Notes: generated from the letters alone by a model not told the origin. A DNA stretch of 64,000 nt from Alphaproteobacteria bacterium (GCA_965225945.1 CBDDBZ010000034.1:256001-320000); one strand, 5' to 3'. Positions 9,838 through 20,330 are shown, counted from the first letter of the stretch. Numbers and translations: made by a program.

Positions 9838-10647
9838 ATGTCAGACGCCAACCTATGGCATCTTAGTGGTAACGCCGCAGAGCAATACGAGAAGATTTCA
9901 GCTCGATATATTTTGGGACCATGGGCTCCCAGTCTTATCGAGGCGGCAGAAATTCAGCGCGATGAGAGAGTATTGGACATCGGTTGCGGGACAGGTGTGG
10001 TTACGCGTGCTGCGGCGAAAAAACTTGGTCCGGCAGGTCACGTTACGGGTCTAGATTTGAACAAAGGAATGCTAGAAGTCGCTAGATCATTGGGAGTTTC
10101 CGGCAGTGACAATATCTCCTGGGTACAGAACAGCGCGATTGAAATCGAGTTTCCCGACGACAGTTTTGATGTTGTCTTGTGCCAACAAGGTTTACAGTTT
10201 TTTCCAGATCAAAGGAAAGCTCTGCGAGAAACGTATCGCGTTCTACGAGGTGGCGGTCGGACGTACTTTAGCGTTTGGCGCGGAGCCAGTCCCTATAACG
10301 ATGCGTTGGGCGGTGCACTCTCGCAGCACATTGATCAGGATACGTCACAGAGATATTTAGCCTCTCGCGAAGTGCCCGATGCCAATGCGCTCCAGTCGAT
10401 GTTTAATGAAACAGGCTTTAGGCAAGTGAGCATCACGCCTATTGAAATGGAGGTGCGTTTGCCCGAGATCGACCAATTCATTCTGGCGCACCTCCGAGGA
10501 ATGCCTGTTTCTGGCGCGGTCGAAGCACTTTCTGAAGGTGCACAATCTGCATTCGTGGAGACAGTCGTTAGAGACCTTTCAAAATTTACGGACGGCTCTG
10601 ATGTGGTTGTGCCTGATAGTATAAATCTTGTGTCGGCAAGAAAGTAA
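9838..10647 (+). CDS. Class I SAM-dependent methyltransferase
   Basis: VLDIGCGTG, GLDLN, FDVVLCQQGLQFF; GGAGGAG RBS; visibly more AT-rich than flanking host genes. Confidence 0.92.
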   Translation: MSDANLWHLSGNAAEQYEKISARYILGPWAPSLIEAAEIQRDERVLDIGCGTGVVTRAAAKKLGPAGHVTGLDLNKGMLEVARSLGVSGSDNISWVQNSAIEIEFPDDSFDVVLCQQGLQFFPDQRKALRETYRVLRGGGRTYFSVWRGASPYNDALGGALSQHIDQDTSQRYLASREVPDANALQSMFNETGFRQVSITPIEMEVRLPEIDQFILAHLRGMPVSGAVEALSEGAQSAFVETVVRDLSKFTDGSDVVVPDSINLVSARK

Positions 10648-10712
10648 AGGCTGGCTCGGAGCCAAGCTAACTTCCGGGGTAGGTCAAACCACGACGAACC
10701 ATGTGCAGACCA

Positions 10713-10949
10713 CCCATGACCGGAATCAGCCGGAAAGCCGAAACTCGGTCACTCTCTGATGGAGTATACCTCGCTCGGAACACCTGTGGATAACCAGTTG
10801 TTTCGAATGGGTTTTTGTCACGTCGCGTAGACCACCGTTTGTGAGCACCTACCGGAGCGGGAATATCTTCAGACACAGCAACGAGGGGGAATGTCCGTAG
10901 CTGGTGAAAGCAGACGAACCGAGCCCCGGGCGCCGAGTCGTGGTATAGC
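10713..10949 (+). repeat. ~235-bp intergenic repeat, copy B (uninterrupted)
   Basis: See copy A; includes TGTGGATAA 10785-10793 and ends TGGTATAGC. Confidence 0.9.
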
Positions 10950-11032
10950 CAACTCCAGACTCCGACAGGCCGGGTGTCGCGTCCGTCCAGGGACACTGTA
11001 GGATCATTCGGATCAACTGGACCAGGGAGGCG

Positions 11033-11437
11033 TTGATGACGCAGCTTGAAGATTTCATCCTCGATTACGCGCGATCCTACGAGACCTACGATCCAGACAA
11101 GGTCGGCGCTTTTATCAACACTCCGTGCACCTTCTGCCTGGGCGACAACTTGGTGCTCCTCGATACGGAGGACCGGATCAAGGAGTTCATGCAAGCGGGA
11201 CTTGCAGCCTACAAAGCTAATGGTTGCGTATACTTCAAAGCACGTTTGCACGGCGAACGTCGGATCGGCTCCAGCTTTGCGATGATCGACGTCGAATGGT
11301 CACCGGAGAATGCCGACGGTGAGCGCACCATGCACTTCTCGACGTCCTACAATCTCGTGAAGCACGCCGGTTCCTGGAAGGTCGTGTTGATCACCCGACA
11401 CGACCCTCAGATCCTAACAGGCCCCGTCCCTCGCTAA
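11033..11437 (+). CDS. NTF2/SnoaL-like small protein
   Basis: GGGAGG RBS; 134 aa ending YNLVKHAGSWKVVL, typical of NTF2-like folds. Confidence 0.7.
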   Translation: MMTQLEDFILDYARSYETYDPDKVGAFINTPCTFCLGDNLVLLDTEDRIKEFMQAGLAAYKANGCVYFKARLHGERRIGSSFAMIDVEWSPENADGERTMHFSTSYNLVKHAGSWKVVLITRHDPQILTGPVPR

Positions 11438-11447
11438 CATTGATGCT

Positions 11448-11830
11448 TCAGGGACCGAACTGAACCGGCGTGGCGCCGGCACTGGACGCATGGTAGCGTG
11501 GCAGCTCGTCAGCGACATCGAACCATCTCAGCTTCTCACTGTAGAACACATGACGGTCCGGCAAGACATTCTCCGGTCGGTCGAGCGTGCCAACATGAAA
11601 CTCGACGATGATCTTTCCGCCCCACTCGCCTTCGTAGGTCAGAGAAGTGCCACAGTCAGCGCAGAACGCTCGTCCGACGCCAGGCGATGATTCGTAGATC
11701 TTCCTTTCGCCCTCGGCGAAGCGGACCTGGTCTTTCTCGAACATTATGAACAGCACCGCCGGAGCACCGGAGGTACGTCTGCAGGATTCGCAGTGGCAAT
11801 AGGGCACATAAACCGGATCGCCCGTCGCCG
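11448..11830 (-). pseudogene. GFA/CENP-V family protein lacking its N-terminus
   Basis: YCHCESCRR, SSPGVGRAFCADCGT, PDRHVF..EKLRW; first CxCG motif missing. Confidence 0.85.
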
Positions 11831-12215
11831 AATATGTCCTCGTCCTCGATGACGATATCGCCGAGGTTGACGCCGACGCGGTACTGGATGCGACGATCGT
11901 CCGGCACCTCGGCTTCGCGTTCCGCCATCGCCCGCTGGAGCGCCACGCCACATTCGACGGCGTCGACGACGCTGGCGAACTCCACCAGCATGCCGTCGCC
12001 CATGAGCTTGACGATGCGGCCATGGTGTTTCGCGATCATGGGGTCGATCAGCTCGGCCCGATGCGCCTTCTGCCGCGCGATGGTGCCGCGCTCGTCGGCC
12101 TCCATGAGCCGGGAATACCCGACCATGTCGGCGGCAAAGATCGCGGCAAGTCTGCGTTGTTCGCCCTGGTCTGCGTTGTTCGCCCTGGTCTGCGTTGTTC
12201 GCCCTGGTCGGCCAT
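11822..12215 (-). pseudogene. Class III adenylate/guanylate cyclase N-terminal fragment
   Basis: RRLAAIFAADMVGYSRLM..GDGMLVEF..RVGVNLGD..DIFGDG then abrupt join to the GFA gene; paralog at 58620-60530. Confidence 0.9.
12151..12207. repeat. Tandem repeat 3 x 19 bp
   Basis: TCTGCGTTGTTCGCCCTGG at 12151, 12170, 12189. Confidence 0.95.
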
Positions 12216-12466
12216 GTTCCCCATCCGACGCCAAGCGGGCCGAGCCTAGCAGAGACAGCAAGTCCAATCCATCAAGGCGCCGAGACATGCCGAGCCATGG
12301 AAAGGGGACGCGGAGACCTATCGACGACGGTCGTGAACCGGGCGAGGGCCGACCTGGCCGTTCCGGCGCCGACCATCATGCTCCGCCGGCCCAGAGAGCG
12401 CCGGCCTTTGCGCCCCGGCCGGGCTGGGGTACATCTGTCGCCGGGTCGCCACCACGGGAGCAGCGC

Positions 12467-13018
12467 ATGGCCAGGATCGAGATACTGACTCGCGAAGAGA
12501 TGACCGAGGAGCAGGGCCGGATCGCCGACGAGATCGCCACCGGGCCGCGCGGCCCCGTCCGGGGGCCGTTCCAGCCCTGGCTCCGCAGCCCGGCGCTCGC
12601 CGACCGGGCGCAGAAACTGGGCGCGTTCTGCCGCTTCGACACCTCCCTCGCACCCCGGCTCTCGGAACTCGCGATCCTGGTCACGGCGCGGCACTGGACG
12701 GCGCAGTACGAGTGGTACGCGCATGCCCCGATCGCCCTCGAGGCCGGCCTCGCCGAGGCGATCATCGAGGCGATCCGCACACGCCGGACGCCGGAATTCA
12801 GCCACCCCGACGAGGCGCTGGTCTATCGCTTCGCCAGCGAATTTTACGCCAGCCATCGGATCGACGAGGCGACCTACGCCGAGGCGGTGAAACGCTTCGG
12901 CGAACACGGCGTGGTCGAGCTGGTCGCCATCATGGGCTATTACGGCCTGGTGGCGATGACCTTGAACGTCTTCGAGCTGGACCTGCCCGAGGGCGTGTCG
13001 CCACCGCTGGAGCTTTGA
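12467..13018 (+). CDS. Carboxymuconolactone decarboxylase/AhpD family protein
   Basis: RGPFQPWLRSP, ELAILVTARHW, YEWYAH. Confidence 0.9.
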   Translation: MARIEILTREEMTEEQGRIADEIATGPRGPVRGPFQPWLRSPALADRAQKLGAFCRFDTSLAPRLSELAILVTARHWTAQYEWYAHAPIALEAGLAEAIIEAIRTRRTPEFSHPDEALVYRFASEFYASHRIDEATYAEAVKRFGEHGVVELVAIMGYYGLVAMTLNVFELDLPEGVSPPLEL

Positions 13019-13030
13019 GGCGGGATTGCC

Positions 13031-14257
13031 ATGAACGCCGAGGCCAGCTTCGTCGTGGTCGGCGCCGGCCAGGCCGGCGGGCGCGCCGTCGAGGCGATGC
13101 GAGGCGCCGGCTTCCAGGGCCGCATCCACCTCTTCGGCGACGAGGCGGAGCAACCCTACGAACGCCCGCCGTTATCGAAGAAGCTGCTGACCGGGGCCGC
13201 CGTTGACGCCTCGGCCCGAATTCTCGGGCCCGAATTCTACGCCGAGAAGGCGATAGAGCTGCGCCTGGGCGAGCCGGTCGCGACGATCGACGCCGAGGCC
13301 CGGGCGATCACCACCATGGCGGGCGAACGCCTCGGCTACGACAAGCTGCTGCTGACCACCGGTGCCCGGGTTCGCCTGGCGCCGTTCGCGGGCGCGGAGC
13401 TCGCGGGCGTGCACTACCTGAGGACGCTCGGCGATATGGTGGCGCTGCGGGCCGAGCTCGCCCGCGCGCGCCGGCTGGTCGTGGTGGGGGGCGGCTATCT
13501 GGGCCTGGAGATCGCGGCGAGCGCGCGGAGCCTCGGCCTCGAGGTCACCGTGGTCGAGCTGGAGGCGCATCTGGTGGCGCGCGGCGCGCCTCGCGAAGTG
13601 GGCGAATTCCTGGCCGGCCTGCACCGCGAGCACGGGGTCGACATACGCACCGCCACCCGGGTCGAGGCGCTCGACGGCGCCGAGGGGCGGGTGGCGGCGG
13701 TGGCGCTGGCCGACGGCGAACGCCTGGCCGCCGACGTCGTGGTCGTCGCCATCGGCATCTTGCCCAACGTCGAGCTGGCGGCGGCGGCCGGCGCCGAGGT
13801 GAATGACGGCATCGTCGTCGACGCTTCGGGGCGCACCAGCTTGCCCGAGGTTTACGCCGCCGGCGACGCGACGCGCCATCCCAACCCCTACTTCGGCGCC
13901 ACCGTCCGGCTCGAAAGCTGGCACAACGCCCAGGAACAGGCGAAGCACGCGGCCCGCGCGATGTGCGGCGAGGCTGTCGAATATGCGCTCGTGCCCTGGT
14001 TCTGGTCGGATCAGTTCGATCTCAACATGCAGCTCGCCGGCGACTTCACAAGAGCCGACGAGATCGTCCGTCGCGGCGAGGCGGCGGGTCCCCACGCGCT
14101 GTTCTATTTCCGCGCCGGCCGCCTGATCGGCGTCGCCGCCTTCAACCAGGGTCGCGACGTGGCCGTGGGCCAGCGCCTGATCGCGCGTGGCCTCGCCGTC
14201 ACGCCAGCCCAGGTGGCGGACCCGGCGAGGAAGCTCAACCGCTTGCTGAAAGGCTGA
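13031..14257 (+). CDS. FAD/NAD(P)-dependent ferredoxin reductase
   Basis: GAGQAG, PYERPPLSK, GGGYLGLE, PWFWSDQ. Confidence 0.92.
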   Translation: MNAEASFVVVGAGQAGGRAVEAMRGAGFQGRIHLFGDEAEQPYERPPLSKKLLTGAAVDASARILGPEFYAEKAIELRLGEPVATIDAEARAITTMAGERLGYDKLLLTTGARVRLAPFAGAELAGVHYLRTLGDMVALRAELARARRLVVVGGGYLGLEIAASARSLGLEVTVVELEAHLVARGAPREVGEFLAGLHREHGVDIRTATRVEALDGAEGRVAAVALADGERLAADVVVVAIGILPNVELAAAAGAEVNDGIVVDASGRTSLPEVYAAGDATRHPNPYFGATVRLESWHNAQEQAKHAARAMCGEAVEYALVPWFWSDQFDLNMQLAGDFTRADEIVRRGEAAGPHALFYFRAGRLIGVAAFNQGRDVAVGQRLIARGLAVTPAQVADPARKLNRLLKG

Positions 14258-14554
14258 TACCACGCCTCCGTTTGGCCCGAGAAACACTCAGATACCTGGG
14301 CAATTACGTGACCTCTTGAAATAACGGAATGGATTTCTCGTCCACGGACGCTACGTTTCGTGCCTTGCCGGCTCGAGCCTGATTACACCGACACCGCCGT
14401 TCGACGGCTGCCTTGAATATTCGGAATTTTGCGCCGAATGTGCCAAGATAGCCCCGCGCGCGGCGTGCCAGAGTATCGCCACGACATTCACGATCGCCGC
14501 CGCGCAGGGCGACGAGGGGCGCCGCCGCCGCGCGGTGGAAGGGATGGGAATGGG

Positions 14555-16609
14555 ATGATCAGAATCGGCATCGATATCGGCGGCACCTTCACCGACTTCG
14601 CGGTCTGGCGCGATTCGGCGGAAGGCTACACCAACATCACGAGCTTCAAAGTGCCGTCCACGCCGCCGACCTTCGCCGACGCCGTACGGACCGGCCTGGA
14701 CGAGATCGTCGAAACCGCGAAAATCGCGCCCGACGAGGAAATCCTCCTGGTCCACGGCACGACCGTTTCCACCAACGCGGTGATCGAACGCTCGGGTCCG
14801 CCCATGGCGCTTTTCGTCACCAAGGGGTTCGGCGACCTGTTGAATATCCAGCGGCTTCGGCTCGACAAGCCGATCGACATGTTCAACCGCCGAACGACGC
14901 CGCTGGTGGCGCGTGAACATGTCTTCGAGATCGACGAGCGCCTGCTGTCCGACGGCGCGGTCGAGCGGGCGCTGCCGTCGGACGAGGTCGCCCGCGCCAC
15001 CGCCCAGGCCAGCGCGGCTGGGGCCGAGGCACTCGCCATCTGCTTTCTGCACAGCTACCGCAACCCGGCGCACGAGATCGCCGCGCGCGACGTCGTCGCG
15101 GCCCAGGGCAACGGCCTCGCCGTGACCCTCTCCAGCGAAATTTGGCCGCAGCAGAACGAATATGAACGCTGTGTCGTCGCGGTGCTCAACGGCTATGTGA
15201 AAAAGATAATCGCGGCCTATATCGGCGAGATCGAAACCTACTTGGCGAAAAAACTACCGGGTGCCCGGCTGTTCATCACCAAGTCGAACGGCGGCGTCAT
15301 GGCGTGCGAGGTTGCCTATCGTCACCCCGTGCACACGCTTCTTTCGGGGCCGGCGGCCGGCGTCCAGGCGGCGCAGTTCGTCGGCGACTTGCTGGAGATG
15401 CCGGATCTCCTGACCATGGACATGGGCGGCACGAGCACGGATATGTCGCTCATTCGCGGCGGGCAAGTTCAGGTATCGGCCCAAGCCGAAGTGGGCGGGT
15501 TTCCCTTGATGATGCCGGTGACCGCGATCGAAGCGATCGGCGCCGGCGGTGGCTCCATCGCCCGGATGGACGGTCCCGTGCTCAAAGTCGGCCCCCAAAG
15601 CGCTGGTGCCCGGCCAGGTCCGGCCTGTTACGGCCAAGGCGGCGGGGCGCCGACTTTGACGGATGCCTATCTTGTCTGCGGCTACATCAATCCGGACTAT
15701 TTCCTCGCCGGCCGGATGGTGCTGCGGCGCGATTTGGCCGAGCAAGCCATGGCGCCGATCGCGGAGTCGATGGGCGTCGATGTGGTGAGCGCGGCGGAAA
15801 GCTGCATTACCGTCGGCACCTCCAACATGCTGACCCGGGTGCTGCCCTTCCTCGCCCGGCTCGGCGTCAGTCCGCGCGAGCTGACGCTGGTGCTCTATGG
15901 CGGCGCCGGCGCGGTGCATGGCCCGCTGTTGGCGGAGGAAATCGGCATCGAGCGGGTCTTGGTGCCGCGCACGCCATCGGTGTTCTGCGCCTTCGGCGGG
16001 CTGGTGTCGGATTTGATGCATGACGCGGTTCGCACGGTACATGGGCTGGCGCTGGACGGCCCGCTGTTGCGCGACATCTTCGAAGAACTCGCGGGCGAGG
16101 CGCGGGCGTGGCTGACGGCTCAGGCGGACCCCCGCTGGCTATCGGGTACGGACGTCTACTCTTATGCGGAGATGCGTTATCTGGGGCAATCCTTCCAGGT
16201 CGATGTGACGCTTGACCCGGCGCTCGTCGCCCGCGCCGACATGGCCGCTATCGCCGACGCCTTTCACGCCGAGCATCTACAGCTTTACAATCATGCCGAT
16301 CCTGGAGCGCCGATCGAATTTCAGCAGCTTCGAATCAGAGTGGTAAGCCGTATGACCAAGCCCGAACCCGCGCCGCTCGAGGCCTCGAGCACCGGCGTCG
16401 AGGGTGCTTGGCTGGAAAATCGGCGCCTGCGGCTGCTGGGCGTCTGGCACGACGATGTGCCTGTCTACCGCCGCGATGCGCTGGGGCCCGGGCATCAAAT
16501 TGACGGGCCGGCCATCATCGAGCAAGGTGACGCGACGATACTGGTACCCGCGAGCTATTCGGCCGAGACCGGTAAATTCGGCGATCTCACGCTGTCGAGG
16601 GAGGGCTGA
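14555..16609 (+). CDS. Hydantoinase/oxoprolinase subunit A
   Basis: IGIDIGGTFTD, HGTT, SGPAAG, DMGGTSTD, GAGGGSIA. Confidence 0.95.
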   Translation: MIRIGIDIGGTFTDFAVWRDSAEGYTNITSFKVPSTPPTFADAVRTGLDEIVETAKIAPDEEILLVHGTTVSTNAVIERSGPPMALFVTKGFGDLLNIQRLRLDKPIDMFNRRTTPLVAREHVFEIDERLLSDGAVERALPSDEVARATAQASAAGAEALAICFLHSYRNPAHEIAARDVVAAQGNGLAVTLSSEIWPQQNEYERCVVAVLNGYVKKIIAAYIGEIETYLAKKLPGARLFITKSNGGVMACEVAYRHPVHTLLSGPAAGVQAAQFVGDLLEMPDLLTMDMGGTSTDMSLIRGGQVQVSAQAEVGGFPLMMPVTAIEAIGAGGGSIARMDGPVLKVGPQSAGARPGPACYGQGGGAPTLTDAYLVCGYINPDYFLAGRMVLRRDLAEQAMAPIAESMGVDVVSAAESCITVGTSNMLTRVLPFLARLGVSPRELTLVLYGGAGAVHGPLLAEEIGIERVLVPRTPSVFCAFGGLVSDLMHDAVRTVHGLALDGPLLRDIFEELAGEARAWLTAQADPRWLSGTDVYSYAEMRYLGQSFQVDVTLDPALVARADMAAIADAFHAEHLQLYNHADPGAPIEFQQLRIRVVSRMTKPEPAPLEASSTGVEGAWLENRRLRLLGVWHDDVPVYRRDALGPGHQIDGPAIIEQGDATILVPASYSAETGKFGDLTLSREG

Positions 16610-16610
16610 C

Positions 16611-18626
16611 ATGGACCCCGTTCGCACCGAAGTGATGACGAACCGCTTCGCGGCCATCGTCGAGGAGGCCTCGCAGATCGCCTACCGCACGGCCCATACC
16701 ACCTTCGTCAAGATGACACAGGACTACCAGGTGGCACTGGCGACGCCGGAGGGTGAATTTTTCGCCTATCCCTATATGTCCGGAGTGACAGCCTTCATCG
16801 GATTGTCGCTGAAGGGCGGCATCGAGGCGATCGGGTTGGAGAATTTCGCCCCGGGCGACGTCGTGATCTGCAACGACCCCTTCGGCAGCGACGGCATGTG
16901 CACCCATACGATGGATGTCCATCTGCTGCGGCCGATCTTTCACGATGGACGCATCATCGCCTTTGCCTGGGCCTTTATCCATTCATCCGATATTGGCGGC
17001 GCCGTGCCCGGCAGCATTTCACCGACCAGCTCCGATGTGTTCCAGGAAGGCATCCGCCTGCGCGCCGCCCACCTCTTCCGAGGCGATGAGCTGAACCAGG
17101 AGCTGCTCGACGTATTGTGGGACAATTGCCGCATCCCGGATCAAAACTGGGGCGACCTTCAGGCCATGATCGCCGCGCTCAAGACCATGGAACGACATCT
17201 GCACGAACTTTGCGACAAGCACGGCGTCGGCGAAGTCGAAGCCGGCATCCGCGATACGATGGACTATGCGGAGCTGAAGGTGCGGCGTGTCCTGGAGGCG
17301 ATTCCCGACGGCGAGTACCGCTTCTCCGACTACCTCGAAGGCGTCTGGGACCCGAGCGGCACGATATTCATCAATGCCCGGTTGGTCGTCGAGGGAGACG
17401 AAATCCTGCTCGATTTCACCGGCAGCGACCCGCAGATTCCAGCCGCGCTGAACTTCATTACCGGCGAGGGTCCCCACCCCTTCCTGGCTCTGGCGATAAT
17501 CAATTACGTTCTCACGATGTCGCCGGATATCCCGACCAATGGCGGCGTCGTGCGCCCCATGCGCACCATCGCGGCCCGGGGTTCGATCATGAATTGCAAC
17601 TTCCCGGCCGCGATGGGCAATCGTTGGGTCACGGTGATGCGGATTTACGACGCGGTGCTCGGTTGCCTCAATCAAGCCCTGGACGGCGGGCCGGTGACCG
17701 CCGGGGCGGGCCAGGGCGGCATCATGCTCTGCGCGTTCAAGGAGCCGGCGAGCGGACTCAGCCGTGCCGCCGTGGTGCAGCCGATGATCGGCGGCTCGGG
17801 CGCGCGCTGCAATGGCGATGGAGTCGATGGCGTGGATGGGCCGTTCGGATTCCTGCGATCGACCCCGACCGAGAGCGTCGAGGTCGAAACGCCTCTGATC
17901 GTGCGCCAGTTCCGCCTCATGGAAGACACGATCGCCGCCGGCTATCACCGCGGCGGCGCGGCCGTCGTCATCGATGTCGAGAATACCGATGTCGAGGTGA
18001 CCTTCACCGTGCGCGGGCTCGACCGCTATGTCTTGCGGCCCTGGGGCACGAAGGGAGGCCATCCAGGCACTTGTGGCAGTGCCTGGCTCAATCCGGACGG
18101 CCCCGGCGAAGAGAATATCGGCAAGATCAAGGTGATCACGCTCGGCCATCGCGACGTTCTGCGAATGATCACGCCAGCCGGCGGCGGCTATGGCGACCCG
18201 CTTGATCGCGAGCTGGATCGGATTTGGCGGGATGTTTGTTCCGGCCTGTTGTCGCGCGACAAGGCGGCGCGGGATTACGGAGTCGTCTTCGGCGGCGACG
18301 GCATCGACGCCGAGGCCACGGAGGCACGGCGAGGCGAGATGCGCGCCGAGCGAGCCGCCCCGGCGGCGTTCGAATTCGGCCCCGAACGCGAGGAACACGA
18401 CCGCGTCTGGCCCCCGGCCATTCGCGCCGAGCTCGCGCGCGCGGCGATGAAAATGCCGGCGTCCCTGCGCCATAATCTGCTGTCCGACATCCGCGCCCGG
18501 ATGAATGAAGCCGGCGAGACGGTGAGCGAGGCGAGCCTTGAGGCCGCCGTCGCCGATTGGATCGCACGTCACGGCGGCACGCGGGCGGGGTCCTTCGACA
18601 TGCCGGTCGACCAGGCGGCGGAGTGA
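16611..18626 (+). CDS. Hydantoinase B/oxoprolinase subunit
   Basis: NDPF, HTMD, HSSDIGGAVPGS, FQEG, GGGYGDP. Confidence 0.95.
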   Translation: MDPVRTEVMTNRFAAIVEEASQIAYRTAHTTFVKMTQDYQVALATPEGEFFAYPYMSGVTAFIGLSLKGGIEAIGLENFAPGDVVICNDPFGSDGMCTHTMDVHLLRPIFHDGRIIAFAWAFIHSSDIGGAVPGSISPTSSDVFQEGIRLRAAHLFRGDELNQELLDVLWDNCRIPDQNWGDLQAMIAALKTMERHLHELCDKHGVGEVEAGIRDTMDYAELKVRRVLEAIPDGEYRFSDYLEGVWDPSGTIFINARLVVEGDEILLDFTGSDPQIPAALNFITGEGPHPFLALAIINYVLTMSPDIPTNGGVVRPMRTIAARGSIMNCNFPAAMGNRWVTVMRIYDAVLGCLNQALDGGPVTAGAGQGGIMLCAFKEPASGLSRAAVVQPMIGGSGARCNGDGVDGVDGPFGFLRSTPTESVEVETPLIVRQFRLMEDTIAAGYHRGGAAVVIDVENTDVEVTFTVRGLDRYVLRPWGTKGGHPGTCGSAWLNPDGPGEENIGKIKVITLGHRDVLRMITPAGGGYGDPLDRELDRIWRDVCSGLLSRDKAARDYGVVFGGDGIDAEATEARRGEMRAERAAPAAFEFGPEREEHDRVWPPAIRAELARAAMKMPASLRHNLLSDIRARMNEAGETVSEASLEAAVADWIARHGGTRAGSFDMPVDQAAE

Positions 18627-18711
18627 GAGCAGCGGACATATGTCCCGGCCGTCCCAATCGCCCGGCCAACGGGTTGTTCGTCGCCACGCGCCCGGGTGGC
18701 ATGGCCCGGCC

Positions 18712-18733
18712 GGCCCGCTCCCCCGCCCAACCA
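18712..18733. repeat. Intergenic REP-like repeat family member
   Basis: CCCGCTCCCCCGCCCAACCA also near 63959-63978; related copy at 19773-19817. Confidence 0.65.
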
Positions 18734-18821
18734 GATGGGATAATTCCGGTGTCCGCCCTACCACGTGATGAAAGATGGCCTCGGGTGGTTGGGCCGTAGC
18801 GAACCGCCAGGAGTCGAAACC

Positions 18822-19763
18822 ATGTCCAAACGCCGTCTGACCGGGTCCTTCGTGGCCCTGATCACGCCCTTCAACCAGGACTACAGCCTGGATTTCGAGG
18901 GCTTCCGCGTCCTGCTGGATTTCCACGCGGAGAACCACACCAGCGCCGTGCTGATCATGGGCTCGAGCGGCGAGGTCTCGATGCTGACGGCCGACGAGCG
19001 CCACGCCGTGGTGCGCGAGACCCTGAAATTCCGCCGAGACGGCATGGAGATGTGGTACGGCTGCACCGGTCCCACGACCGAGGCGACGATTGCTTATGTC
19101 GCGCAAGCGGCCGGCGAGGGCGCCGATGGCGCGGTGATCGCGGCGCCGCCCTATATTTGCGCCCCCAATGCCGACATCGTCCGCTTCTTCCTCGAAGTGG
19201 CCGAGGCCTCGGCCATCCCGCTCGGCATCTACAACAATCCGCCCCGGGTGACGACCGACCTGACGGCGCCCGACGTGCTCCGGATCGCCGCGCATCCGAA
19301 CGTCCTGGTGCTGAAGGAATCGACCGCGCGCGTCGCCCAGGTGGCCGCGATCGCCGCCGCCGCGCCGGACCTGAGCCTGATGTGCTGCTGCTCGCCCAAC
19401 CTCGGACTGGTGGTGGCGACGATGGCCTTGGGCGGCCACGGCACCGCCAACATGACCGGCAACATCATCCCGCGCGAGATGGCGGTGATCTCCAAGCCCT
19501 GGGAGAGCCACGCGGACACGATCGCCTTCCGCGAGGCCTGGCTGCACAACCTGGAGATGCTCCATTACGCCTATTCGGCGGTCAATCCGGTGCCGATCAA
19601 GTCGCTGATGGCGGCGGTGGGCCTGCCGGCGGGGCCGCTCAGGAAGCCGCTCACCGCCTACCAGGGCGCGGAGCTGGAGCAGGGCCTCGAAATCGCCCGC
19701 GATCTCGGCCTCGAGCGAAGCTACGGCTTCGACCTCGGCCAGGGCCTGCGGGCGGCGGAATAG
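18822..19763 (+). CDS. DHDPS/NAL family lyase
   Basis: ALITPF, GSSGE, YNNP, Schiff-base Lys in LKES, NPVPIK. Confidence 0.92.
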   Translation: MSKRRLTGSFVALITPFNQDYSLDFEGFRVLLDFHAENHTSAVLIMGSSGEVSMLTADERHAVVRETLKFRRDGMEMWYGCTGPTTEATIAYVAQAAGEGADGAVIAAPPYICAPNADIVRFFLEVAEASAIPLGIYNNPPRVTTDLTAPDVLRIAAHPNVLVLKESTARVAQVAAIAAAAPDLSLMCCCSPNLGLVVATMALGGHGTANMTGNIIPREMAVISKPWESHADTIAFREAWLHNLEMLHYAYSAVNPVPIKSLMAAVGLPAGPLRKPLTAYQGAELEQGLEIARDLGLERSYGFDLGQGLRAAE

Positions 19764-19772
19764 GAGGCCTCT

Positions 19773-19839
19773 CCCGCTCCCCCGCCGTTCTTTGTCGATG
19801 GCCGCTCGCGCGGCCCGTCGGAGGAGCGGGCCGGCCGGG
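19773..19839. repeat. Intergenic REP-like repeat
   Basis: CCCGCTCCCCCG..TCTTTGTCGATGGCCGCTCG.GCGGCCCG..GGAGCGGG shared with 63905-64000. Confidence 0.75.
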
Positions 19840-19864
19840 AAGTCGACGCCTATGGCGGTCGGGA

Positions 19865-20330
19865 TTATAGCCCCAGGTCGCTGAGGCTCGGATGGTCGTC
19901 CGGCCGTCGGCCGAGCGGCCAGTGGAATTTGCGTTCGCTCTCGGCAATCGGCAGGTCGTTGATGCTTGCCAGGCGCAAGCGCATGAGACCGTGCTCGTCA
20001 AATTCCCAGTTCTCGTTCCCGTAGGATCGAAACCAAAGGCCACCATCGTCGTGCCACTCATAGGCAAAACGTACGGCGATGCGGTTGTCGAGGAAGGCCC
20101 AGAGCTCTTTAGATCAGGCGGTAGTCCTGCTCGCGCGCCCATTTGCGAGTCAAAAACGCCTCGATTTCGTCGCGTCCCCGCGGGAACTCGTTGCGGTTCC
20201 GCCAACGGCTGTCGAGCGTATAGGCCTGTGCAACCCGTTCGGGATCGCGGGTATTCCAGCCGTCCTCGGCGAGACGCACTTTTTCCGCCGCGCTTTTCGC
20301 CGTGAAGGGAGGGAGCGGTGGACGGTCCAT
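19865..20330 (-). pseudogene. DUF1348 (SnoaL-like) protein, frameshifted
   Basis: [19 protein letters not shown] then an extra base (ATC T AAA GAG CTC TGG); continues [28 protein letters not shown] to TAA at 19865. Confidence 0.9.
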
